Positions 1 to 11,453 of a stretch of 64,000 nucleotides of DNA are shown here, one piece after another. Made by a program: the position numbers and the translations under genes. The notes below the pieces were generated by a model. It saw only the letters and a list, made by a program, of their open reading frames with translations. It was not told where the DNA came from and did not search any database. The stretch spans positions 4,650,001-4,714,000 of the forward strand of contig CM120645.1 of assembly GCA_051362555.1 (NCBI GenBank). Reading direction: 5' to 3'. This DNA is from Lingula anatina. Taxonomy: Eukaryota; Animalia; Brachiopoda. Position 1 is the first letter of the stretch; each line of letters begins with the position of its first letter.

Positions 1-410
1 GGGTCCAACTTGCCCCGAGTCAAAGGGGCCGACTAGCCCCGGGTGCACATTTTTAATTCTAAAGGGTTGCAGCCATTTTGTTGCTAGAATGAACTACGAT
101 GATGCTTTTCTGTGAAACTTGAAACAGTGAGCTTCAGTTTGATGCCCTATACATATGCTATATTCGATCAAAAGCCTATGAAAATAGATTTTAAAATCTC
201 TTTAATAAAGTTAATTTAAGATGTAGAATTCTTTCATTTGGACTCGCCGCCTAAATAAAACTTTCTTACAGCCGATGCTTTCTTGGCATTATTGGATAAG
301 GTCACTTTAAAATTTATGTGATCGATTTTTTTTACCCCGTAGTTACTTTTTCATAAATTGACGGGGGGGGGGGGGGGGGGGGGGGGGGTCCAACTTACCC
401 CGGTCTCCCC
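1..410. mobile_element. Right end of a probable Tc1/mariner (pogo-like) DNA transposon or MITE, truncated by the window edge
   Basis: Ends in ...GGTCCAACTTACCCCGGTCTCCCC followed by TA (411-412). The motif GGTCCAACTT(G/A)CCCC is repeated at 2-16 as a subterminal repeat. The left end is not in the window. Confidence 0.45.
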
Positions 411-484
411 TATTGCCTGATGGATTATTGTGTCTTTAGGGGACGATCTGCAAAGTGTTACAAAGGCATGCCCAAACTGGCTTA

Positions 485-1004
485 AGCCCCTATTTCACAC
501 AGACCACGAATCCCACGAATGGCCATGAATTGACAAATTTCACGATTTGTGGTTGAATCGTAATCAGTTCGTGAAGTTCTTAGCAGATTCGTATATAATC
601 GTAGTCAGTAATTGCAATTCTTGATCAATCGGGAATTCGTGGCACAAATTTTGAGCTGTTCAAAGTTTTGGCCACGAACTCCCGATTCCAAAACATCGTA
701 GTGAATTTCTGGACAATATTCGTGCGATTCCAACCGAATCCCACGAATATTCGTAACACTATCGCACCTGTATCGTAACTGAATCGTAGAGCGTGTCGAA
801 TTAGACCAGAAAATTGGCAAAATCTCACGATTCCAGCCGAATCCCACGAATATTCGTAACACTATCGTACCTGTATCGTAACTGAATCGTGAGCGTGTCG
901 AATTAGACCAGAAAATTGGCAAAATCTCACGAATCCTCACGAATCCTGAAATTTGTCAATTCCTGGCGATTCGTGGGATTCGTGGTCTGTGTGAAATAGG
1001 GGCC
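485..1004. mobile_element. PIF/Harbinger-like (Tourist-type) MITE
   Basis: About 60-bp imperfect TIRs ((A/G)GCCCCTATTTCACACAGACCACGAATCCCACGAAT...), 3-bp TTA target duplication (482-484 / 1005-1007), and an internal tandem duplication of about 103 bp (approx. 726-930). Confidence 0.85.
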
Positions 1005-1401
1005 TTACCTGGTCATAGCTCACGCTCAATGTATCTACAACTCACCACCAGGAAACAGGACCCATTGTTTTTATGGTTTTGCTGCTACAACTAAACAAAG
1101 GCAACCGGTTCCCTTCAGAGTGGTGGAAAGCTACCAGAAAGCGTTTTTCAAGACCCTTTGCAAATGCCAGGCCAGGCTGGTTTTAGCAGGTTACGGTCCC
1201 AGACGACGTCTGAGGAAGATACTGTGATTAGCACAACATCGTCTTCTATTTCTGAACAGAGTTGGGAACCATCAGTGGTTCTGGGCACAACATTGGTATC
1301 TCTGAATTCGATTATAGAGCAGAGGGTGCAATGCCTAATGCACTTGAACGACAATTAATCTCCAATGATTGGTTAGGTTCTTTGATGTACCAAGTGCTTA
1401 A

Positions 1402-2390
1402 AGGACAACTCAGTGGGTTAGATTAATGTATAGAAGCAGGTTCTATGTAAAACTTTGATCAGATTTGTGTTTTGGGAGATTGTTTATTATTATATGAATA
1501 AGTCTGGGTCACAAAAGTCCTGTTAAGACAACTAGAATAAAGAATTAGAAAACGAAAACTATTTATCACGATTTCGGAGCACAGCCAGAAGTACTTCCGG
1601 CTGAAGGTCACGACCTCGATTTTCCCACGCTTACGACCAATCACAGCAGGCTTCAGTCAGAATTAGATAGACGTCACGACTACACAGCGAAACTTGTCAG
1701 ACATGTAAGTGCCGCCTGTCCATCTTTTCGGTACATGTACCGATCAAAAACAGAAAACGTAAAGCCCAAAACGCTCTTATACACGTAACCAACTTTGTAT
1801 GAGCACAAATATTGTCATTTATTGTGAACAGGATAATATGATAATCAGACACACTTGAGACCTGTGAAGCGCATACTCACGTTTCGGAGTAGTTTCGCCA
1901 TTGCCTCGTATGTGAGTCCTAACTCAGCTTTAAGTGTCCTCCACCGCCCCACCTCCCTCCCAACATACACAGTCTGAGTGCTTCTTCGTCTGTCTCTAAT
2001 TTTCTTTCGTATCTTTCGAACTTGAGTGGCTATTTTCTTTCGCCCCCTTTTGTCGCTCTCCTCTTCAGACTTGACGGGCGTCTGAGCCATGTTTGCTGTT
2101 TTGGCGCCAAATAGTAACATCCGGGTCTCAGCCGTAGTACTTCATTCATAGTAAACCGCGAGACTTAGCGAGAAATTGCGCGTTCTGAAGCCGTACTGTG
2201 AGGTGGTAGCTGAGTATTTAAGACGAGTCGTCTTTTATTATTTAATGGAACTTAAAAACGGTATTAGGTAGCTTCATTTTCTGAACGGTTTTGGATAGGA
2301 TATACCTTGGTCATTATGGGGAAATTGGTAAGTTTTCCAGGAAAATTCATTTTCGTGCTATTTTAAGGGTTTAACGCGCTGAGACTGTCT
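1402..2390. mobile_element. Kolobok-like non-autonomous DNA transposon carrying a first-exon remnant
   Basis: TTAA on both sides (1398-1401, 2391-2394), AG...CT termini and imperfect TIRs (AGGACAACTCAGTGGGTTA vs AGACAGTCTCAGCGCGTTA). The CpG-rich interior has ETS, CCAAT and YY1-like motifs and a minus-strand exon. Confidence 0.65.
1881..2090 (-). pseudogene. Orphan first coding exon of a Kolobok-type transposon protein (basic NLS-like stretch plus a 'VYVGREVGRWRTLKAELGL..EAMAKLL' motif)
   Basis: ATG at 2090 (AAACATGGC), open frame MAQTPVKSEEESDKRGRKK..., then a GTGAGT donor at 1880-1875. No downstream exon remains inside the element. It resembles the 'RVNIG..F.RWR.L......SDAE.A..LL' N-terminus of animal transposon proteins, recognised from memory only. 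Confidence 0.45.
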
Positions 2391-3694
2391 TTAAAAGATT
2401 TGATTTTTTTTCTGAAGCACAAAAACACTCATTATATACATTTTACGTGTTACTCACATCTCGTTTCTGGTATTTAGTAGGCGTAGAAACTCGTACAATC
2501 CGGATATTTTTCTCTGATAATGCTATATTGATGATTCAATTTCAGGAACAATCCGGACTGATTTCATACACATATAAAACCCCATTGCCAGCCACATTTC
2601 TCGAATGGGGTCTGTATGTGTACAAGACTATCATATCCGAAGCTTTTTTGGGAGAGGGGCAGTCGTACGGTATTTTTACCATAGATACCGCAACAGGGAA
2701 TTTTTTCGGGGCAGAGACATTTATTTATTTCTAATCTCTTGGATTTATGTGTACATTTGAAAGATGCAAATAATGCACATTCGATTTATAATATGTAGTT
2801 GTCAACTTTACTACGAGGGAGCAAATGAATTTACATAACAAACTTTTCGTTAATATTCAATATCTTGAATTTTGTCAATTGGAGAAGAAATAAGGTTTAT
2901 GCAAGGAAGAAAAAGGACGCAATGCACAGTTATCGTAACAATGGTAAGAGGACAATTGTATGAATCGCGTTTACCAGCAGAATTAATATTGTCATCCCTT
3001 CCTTTCAATTTGATAATTTTTTGTCGATGGTTTGCCCTTCAGACACCTCATTGGAAGATTTGTTTATTTAAAGCATATCATTTAACTTACAAAACTTACG
3101 GTGTTTAGTTTTCCCTAAGACTATTAGATAGCTCAAGCATATTAGCTTTTCCGTGTTTATCAGAAGTATGGAATTCAAGCAGTAGTATATTTAACGTAAA
3201 TGAATAAATTAACAAATCTTTTCTTGCTTTAATGATCGTGACATTCAAAAGTTTCTGTTACTCCGGCGCTGCTCAGGCACAATGCAGTGAGTCCAACTTA
3301 CACTATAAAAGAGTGCTCAGCTATAAACTCTGCGTGTGCGCCGATCGGTTGAACCAGTTAATTAGATTTTGATTTTTTTACTGCAGATACCACAACTGGA
3401 GTCCAACAACGTGAACACTTACGGTGCTCATAAATATTAGAGAAGTGCATGCATTTTAAAAAAGTTCATTTCTCATTATGCAGACTGAAAAAAATTAAAA
3501 CGTTGTACATTCATAATAACGCTCTTGCCACTGGCCATTGACAGGAAACGTTCTAAGGAAGAAAAAGTTATGGAGAAGAAGTAATTTAAAATGGTCCCTT
3601 AAAAATCCCAGCTTTTTACATGTTGAGATCTAACGGTAGTTAGTGTCAGGTAGTTGAATATAAAAACATAAAATAGGCAGAAAAATATACTTCC

Positions 3695-3700
3695 TTTATT

Positions 3701-3735
<35 letters not shown>

Positions 3736-3740
3736 TTATT
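3695..3740. repeat. (TTTA)n microsatellite
   Basis: Directly visible tetranucleotide run. Confidence 0.85.
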
Positions 3741-5600
3741 ATTGATGGCTCTGTTTGGCAAACAAAAATTTAATATTTCAACCGGGTGAACTGAATAGTA
3801 TTGTACTATAAATTTATGCCTGATAGAAGGCTTATAGAAGGGATCTAACCTCCAAAGGGATCTCTACTGTTTTTTGCAAAAGTCATTACATCATTTGCTC
3901 CCTAAATACCGAAAATCGTTTTCACAATTACTTTATCTTTACTTTTTTTTTTTTTTTTTTTTTTGTCAATGAATTAAAGTTTGTCTCCTTTGTCAAACAA
4001 TAATTGTTGCATCCTAACAATGTCTCATTGCATTTCTCTGGTATTTTTCGCATATTTTATACAGGTATTGCTTTCGCCAAATTTCCCAACAGTATTTTCA
4101 AAATTTAACTGTCTCATAGTTTTGCAAAATATCAGTAGGCCCCTACTGCTTCTGTTTATTTGTGTTGGTGGAATGACGTAAAGGATTTTAAAAAATTGAT
4201 TGTTGTATAAATTTTCTGCAACTTCAGTGATTCAAACTTGTATCCAATAATGCAAATTGTGAATTGAACAGATAAAATGCTTATTAATTAAGAAGTATAT
4301 TTTTAGCTCATTTTAAAGTCGGGATTTAATCTTTTGATGTAAATTTTCCATGAAAGTTATTAATTACTCGTGTATATCACTGAAAAATGTAAAAATAAGT
4401 CATTTCTATTTTGATTAATATTGATATGAAAATGTCGTTCAGTTTCAAAAAAATATTATGGTAATTTTTCTGCTTATAATTCGTGCAAACACTTCCTCGG
4501 TATAGACAATTTATTTTGATAATTTAAGAATGTTTTTTTTTATTTTTCAATTATCTGTTGTTTTTAACAGATTTATTAAGAAATCAATATTTCGTTTTAA
4601 TATCTTATTTTTATTATGGTAAACGTAATAGATTTTTAGACACGATTAATTATAGCTGAAATATTGCTGCTACATTTTTTAAAACAAAGGTTTATAGCTG
4701 TTATAGGGAGCTAGATAATATTCAACGCTGAATGCCAATATGTTTACAAATACAGTGGAGTCTTTATTTTAAAAACACATAAATAGATTATGTACAAATT
4801 TATGTACAATTTATGTATCAATATATGCACAAATAATATACGACAATATATCAATTACTGGACATACCTATGGACATACACATTTTTAATTTATTTTTCT
4901 AAATGGATACTTATAGAGCGATGCTCACCAGTTTGCACAGGGAGTGATCGCACTAATTAATGGGAACGAAAGGTAGATTTTAAATGGTCGTGTTCTATGA
5001 TGAATCACCTTTAGCAACGTGGAAAAACAACTTTAACTTATTTCCAAGGGAACTGCTAGGTGAAGAACTGACCAAAAATAATGAACTTTAGAAAAGTGTC
5101 TTGACTGATTGTGTTTCAACTGTTCAGACCACAAACTATATACATTTATGTTGGAGATGACTAGTCCTGAGAAAGAGGGCAAGGTTGTGTTGAGCAGGTG
5201 GAAGTAGTCATCGAATCACCGTCCTTCAGAACAGAAAAGTCAGAAAAAATGCCGCCCACGCCAGCTGACACCTCGTGGACCTGAGGGACAAGAGCTTGAG
5301 AGGTGCATTGGGTGTCTTCTTGAAGCTGCGTGCCATCTGGCGTCAGTTTTTATAATGAAAACCAATCGACTAACTTGGAATGTCGAAACGGATTCCTTAA
5401 CCTTTGGTAAGAGTGGGAAAATTGTTGCTTTCCCCAGGAAAATCAGTTTTCTGGCACAGTTTCTGCCAAAATGAAGAGTTGTTATCTTTTAACTTCACAA
5501 CACGATGAATATGGGATAGGCCTATTACATATTGGAAGCTATGGACCTAAGTCTAAAACATTGGTAATTTTCTTTGTCACTTCATCAAGCGCAATACTTA

Positions 5601-8600
5601 ATTGTACCACCAGCGTTAGCGCTGGCGGTACACATGGTTTCGGTTCCGTCCGGATCGTTCCGCCGGCTCCGCCGGCTCCGCCGGATGGCTACCGTTACCG
5701 CTTCTCCTCCTAGACGGTAAGGGCCCCCGTACCCATCTCATGGATTTAGGTCACCTATAATCTCAACTCGTTCCACGTAAAATTTGGGCTTTGTCGGTAT
5801 TGGGGTCTGGGTGTGGCACTCATTGCAATGCACCCTTGTCTAAAAATGGCAAAATTAAATGCTAATTATCTACCCTACGGAAGGAGTTATGGGAAAATTT
5901 TCTATAGACGGCTTTCCAAAAGTCATATGTGTAGATTTCAAATATACCCTTGGATTTGACCTTTGACCTCTACTTCAAGGTCAAATGGGCCAAAATTTTC
6001 AAAAAAATGAAATTTTTTACGAAAAAAATATTTTTTGCCCTGTTATTCAGACACCACACAGACTTAACCAATAATATTATTGGGAAGTGTTACCCTTCAG
6101 GTCATCTTTCATCTCCATGAATTTGGGGTCAATCGGTGCATTTTCACGGGAGTAGCGGCCATAAGATACCGAAACTGAAAACTGTCTCTAATTCGGGAAC
6201 CGTTAATGCTAGAGACCTATTCTTTTTTGCATTTTGTAGAGCATGTAAAGCCCAACACTGCAGGTGGTCTCGGTTTTTTTGTATTCCATACGGTTTTCGA
6301 GTTAAGCTGTATCAAAAAGTACATATTGGTGGTAAAAGCAAAATGTGCAGTACGGTAATGGATAATAAATTTTGAACTCTGGAAAAATAAAATATAAGGC
6401 TTGGCAAAGCAGACAACTTGTGTTCAAAAATGACATTATTTCATCAAATTTGAACTTCTGAAACTTCAGAGCACCTCCTATTTCAAGAATTTTGACCAAA
6501 ATGACATTTTCTTTATTTTAATTAATTTTTTCTGTACGAAATTTAAGGCACATTATGGTAACTCCAAAATTATAACATCTAGTCCCTTATATCTCCAAAA
6601 CTGGCAGAGATAGGTCCATAGTTACTATTGAAGTTGAATAGGAAGTCATATACTGGCAATCTTACTATGACCTTGAAATTGACCTTTGACCTACTTTTCA
6701 CCATGAACTGAACTTTGCAAATTTTTCTTCCCTTTTATCTCCAAAACTGGCAGAGATAGGTCCATAGTTACTATTGAACTTGAATAGGAAGTCATATACT
6801 GGCAATCTAAATGTGACCTTAAAATTGACCTTTGACCTACTTTACACCATGAACTGAATTTTGCAAATTTTGCTTTCCTTTTATCTCCAAAACTGGCAGA
6901 GATAGGTCCGTAGTTACTATTGAACTTGAATAGGAAGTCATATACTGGCAATCTATATGTGACATTAAAATTGACCTTTGACCTACTTTTCACCATGAAC
7001 TGAATTTTGCAAATTTTGCTTTCCTTTTATCTCCAAAACTGGCTGAGATAGGTCCGTAGTTACTATTGAACTTGAATAGGAAGTCATATACTGGCAATCT
7101 AAATGTGACCTTAAAATTGACCTTTGACCTACTTTTCACCATAAACTGAACTTTGCAAAATTTGCTTCCCTTTTATCTCCAAAACTGGCAGAGATAGGTC
7201 CGTAGTTACTATTGAACTTGAATAGGAAGTCATATACTGGCAATCTAAATGTGACCTTAAAATTGACCTTTGACCTACTTTTCACCATAAACTGAACTTT
7301 GCAAATTTTGCTTCCCTTTTATCTCCAAAACTGGCAGAGATAGGTCCATAGTTACTATTGAACTTGAATAGGAAGTCATATACTGGCAATCTAAATGTGA
7401 CCTTGAAATTGACCTTTGACCTACTTTTCATCATGAACTGAACTTTGGTAACTTTTCTGCCCTTTTATCTCCAAAACTGGCAGAGATAGGTCCATAGTTA
7501 CTATTGAACTTGAAAAGGAAGTCATATACTGGCAATCTAAATGTGACCTTAAAATTGACCTTTGACCTACTTTACACCATGAACTGAATTTTGCAAATTT
7601 TGCTTTCCTTTTATCTCCAAATCTGGCAGAGATAGGTCCGTAGTTACTATTGAACTTGAATAGGAAGTCATATACTGGCAATCTATATGTGACATTAAAA
7701 TTGACCTTTGACCTACTTTTCACCATAAACTGAACTTTGCAAATTTTGCTTCCCTTTTATCTCCAAAACTGGCAGAGATAGGTCCATAGTTACTATTGAA
7801 CTTGAATAGGAAGTCATATACTGGCAATCTAAATGTGACCTTGAAATTGACCTTTGACCTACTTTTCATCATGAACTGAACTTTGGTAACTTTTCTGCCC
7901 TTTTATCTCCAAAACTGGCAGAGATAGGTCCATAGTTACTATTGAACTTGAAAAGGAAGTCATATACTGGCAATCTAAATGTGACCTTAAAATTGACCTT
8001 TGACCTACTTTACACCATGAACTGAATTTTGCAAATTTTGCTTTCCTTTTATCTCCAAATCTGGCAGAGATAGGTCCGTAGTTACTATTGAACTTGAATA
8101 GGAAGTCATATACTGGCAATCTATATGTGACATTAAAATTGACCTTTGACCTACTTTTCACCATGAACTGAATTTTGCAAATTTTGCTTTCCTTTTATCT
8201 CCAAAACTGGCTGAGATAGGTCCATAGTTACTATTGAACTTGAATAGGAAGTCATATACTGGCAATCTAAATGTGACCTTAAAATTGACCTTTGACCTAC
8301 TTTTCACCATAAACTGAACTTTGCAAACTTTTCTTCCCTTTTATCTCCAAAACTGGCTGAGATAGGTCCATAGTTACTATTGAACTTGAAAAGGAAGTCA
8401 TATACTGGCATTATAAATGTGACATTAAAATTGACCTTTGTCCTACTTTTCACCATAAACTGAAGTTTGCAAATTTTGCTTCCCTTTTATCTCCAAAACT
8501 GGCAGAGATAGGTCCATAGTTACTATTGAACTTGAATAGAAAGTCATATACTGGCAATCTAAATGTGACCTTGAAATTGACCTTTGACCTACTTTTCACC

Positions 8601-9087
8601 ATGAACTGAATTTTGCAAATTTTGCTTCCCTTTTATCTCCAAAACTGGCTGAGATAGGTCCATAGTTACTATTGAAGTTGAATAGGAAGTCCTATACTGG
8701 CAATCTAAGTGTGACCTTGAAATTGACCTTTGACCTACTTTTTATCATGAACTGAACTCTGCTAATTTCTTTCTCTTTTAACTTCAAACTTGACAGAGAT
8801 AGGTCCATAGTTACTCTTGAACTTGAATAGGAAGTCATATACTGGCAATTTACTGTGACCTTGAAATTGACCCTTGACCTACCTTACGAAGAACTTAAAT
8901 TTGATAATACCATATATTTTTTTTGCAATAGTTAAAAAATTCTTGTTGATTGCATTTTTACAGCTTGTCAAGCACAAAACTGGTGGCTGTGTCCCTTATT
9001 TTGTGTATGTGGGGGTCTATATGAATGCGTTTGCTCCAGCTGGTGGTACAATATTTGGAGGCGGTATCGCCTCTCTGATCCTCTAGT
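5601..9087 (+). mobile_element. Non-autonomous Helentron-like element (HINE / DINE-1 / pearl type) with central satellite array, copy 1
   Basis: The 5' subTIR ATTGTACCACCAGC (5601-5614) forms a hairpin with GCTGGCGGTAC (5621-5631) and is followed by a GC-rich (CCGG/TCCG) microsatellite-like tract. The 3' subTIR is GCTGGTGGTACAAT (9039-9052), followed by a GAGGCGGTATCGCCTC stem-loop and terminal CTAG then a T-run. No TSD and no coding capacity. Confidence 0.85.
6583..8885. repeat. 146-bp tandem satellite array, 16 monomers, inside HINE copy 1
   Basis: CTCCAAA anchor recurs at 6593, 6739, 6885 ... 8637, 8783 with an exact 146-bp period. Monomers are highly similar and the terminal ones are the most diverged. 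Confidence 0.97.
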
Positions 9088-9704
9088 TTTAACTTATCTT
9101 TGATCAAAGCAGACTGAAAGTTATTGCTCTAATTTTTAGATAAATTTTCACAAGGGTGAAATTAGTAAGAAAATAGAAACGCACAGACATGCCGGCTGGA
9201 AGGCATAGTTAAGATTCGCCACATTTGATTCAGGTCGGAGCTAATTTCACAAATAAATAAATAAAGTCAAAACTACTTTAGGATAGCCAGCTACGTTAAA
9301 TCGACCTTGCACAATTTGGCGCCGCTTAGATGAAATAAATTTTTCAGTGCAATGTCACTTTTGCTCAAGAAGCATATATCTTTAGTGAAAAAAATCACAG
9401 TGTAAAAAATAAAATAAATTAAAATGAAATGAAATAAAAACTAGCCAAGAACGATTTTCCACTTGTTGCTTTGTGAAAAAACCGACCAAGGACAGATAGA
9501 GTAAGTTATAACAAGCAGGTGGATCTTACGTTACTCATGGCTCTGTCGACGGTGAACCGTGGAACAAAGGTTGGTTTTACAGGAGAGGGCGAGTTGAGGA
9601 GAGGAGAGGTAAGATAAAAATTTGAGAGCTCTCGTGGCACGGTGGTTGCGCAAACTGGTCGTCAATTTACTATTTTGAGGCCTTGTTTTCATGCGTTAGC
9701 ACAT

Positions 9705-10030
9705 CATTGGCGGATTTGGGGGGGGGTATAAGGGGGTTGTGACCCCCCCCCCTTCTTTTTTTTTTTATATATATATTTTTTAATCACACGTACGTACGTA
9801 CCTAATGGTCTCCTCTTGAAATTATGATTTTGACTAGTTGGATCATAGTTCTAAACTGTACCAAATGGCACCGTTCGCCCTCTAAAATACTAACTTTTTT
9901 CAGGGCCCTTGCAGCGGTTCGTTACTACATGTATGTCCAAAGTCCAAGCCTACCGTACGCCAAGGGAGAGGGGTGAGGGTCGGCTTTGCAGTCTTGGATC
10001 CCCATTCAAATAATCGTGGATCCGCCCCTG
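9705..10030. mobile_element. Unclassified MITE with CA(G/T)(G/T)GGCGGAT termini
   Basis: CATTGGCGGATT at 9705 and GGATCCGCCCCTG ending at 10030. Internal G-run/C-run hairpin. Near-identical 5-bp flanks CACAT/CACAG. Confidence 0.55.
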
Positions 10031-10564
10031 CACAGCGTTTATATTAACAATCGTTACTACGAGTGCTAATGCATGAATTTCGTGCTCTACAATAACCTTA
10101 CCTTACGCTCAAAAATTATTATTATTATTATTTAGTAGGCCTACACGCGCCGCCATCGCCTTGATTGGATAACGAACCTAAAATTAATACAAAAAAAGAG
10201 TCAAACACACATGGCCCATATTTTTTCTTCATTTTTCTTTTCTTGCTTTCCTTTTTTACATAAAAATTGGTTTATTATCTTTTATTCATATAATATAAAT
10301 GTTTTAGTATGTCATTCTTGTTTTATTATTTTTTACGGTCATATTACAAAAACTGGCCACTAGATGTCCTCGTTTCCGACTGAGTAGCAGTAACTTCGTG
10401 TTGAAATTGAAATAAATGTCAGCAAACATATGTTTATGGAAGCAATATAGTCCTATTTGGTCAGCCTTTTGGTCACACATTTAATCAAATCCATTGCAAA
10501 TTTAGCAGAAAGTGCTGCAAAATGAAATAAAATAATAATCTATTGGGGTTGGGGCTATCTTGAA

Positions 10565-10595
10565 CTTGTCCCACAATACCCGTTCCACCGGAAGT
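10565..10595 (+). promoter_or_regulatory. Candidate CEP83 promoter elements (ETS CCGGAAGT; ZNF143/Staf-like TCCCACAATAC)
   Basis: CCGGAAGT at 10588-10595, about 0.86 kb upstream of the first coding exon. That exon starts at a splice acceptor (11450-11451), so a non-coding 5' exon is expected upstream. Confidence 0.35.
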
Positions 10596-11453
10596 TTACT
10601 GATGTTATGGTTTGAATCCAGTGGGTTTGAATCGGGAGCGGGTCTCAATATTAAATGCATTAATTTAGACCCTTTTACTTAACCATGGATTGATTTCCTG
10701 AAAATATAAAGGTGTGTATTATGAGAACATAAGTATATCTAGGCAATGTACAGATATTACTTCCCTATAAATTCTGGTTTGCATACTGTAGTATTTTCAC
10801 TGTTGTAAACTTGTGCCAGCCAGAAAGCTAAGTAAATAACAAAAAGTCTATAGTAGGAGTGTGTTTGACACGCTTTAGGCCTAAGCAGTGCAGTCAAACT
10901 TTGTCTGTTTTTTCTCACATGCTAGGTGCTCACCACAGTAGCCGAAAATCGTTCCTCAGTTTTAACTAAAATAAATAGCGAAAAACGTAGGCAACAAAAA
11001 CAGAGGCAGACTGAAACTGTGACTCGAAGAAGGATACAGATATTTTGTTGTCTAAAATTTATACATATAAAGCTAAAATCGCTTTTTAATAGCAATAGTA
11101 GAAATTCTAGGATTATATAAAAGCGCTCAATACTGCACAATATATTGAGAAAACTACTGACCGAACACTCTGGACACAAGTAAATACAGAATACAGTCTT
11201 TTGCAAGAAATTAGGTTGATATAAAAGGGAAATATATTGCTAGTTGATTGATATCCTTGATCCAACTGTACAAATTGTTGTAAGTTGTTTAAATATGAAT
11301 TCAGTATATAAACAAATATGTCAAAATTAAGAACCTTTCCTAAATGTGCTTTGAATTTGAAAGGCAGAACAGTAATTTACTACAAATAAAAATATATTCA
11401 TTGGACTGACCGCTGATGTTACTAGTTTATATCATAATTGTTTGATTTAAGTG

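Noticed and set aside
605-940. 111-aa and 67-aa ORFs with internal repeat
   Set aside because: They lie in the tandem duplication inside a MITE and show no transposase motifs.
6583-8885. CRISPR-like array or repeated 101-aa ORFs (MVKSRSKVNFNV...)
   Set aside because: Monomers are contiguous with no unique spacers and the context is eukaryotic. The ORFs are by-products of the 146-bp satellite.
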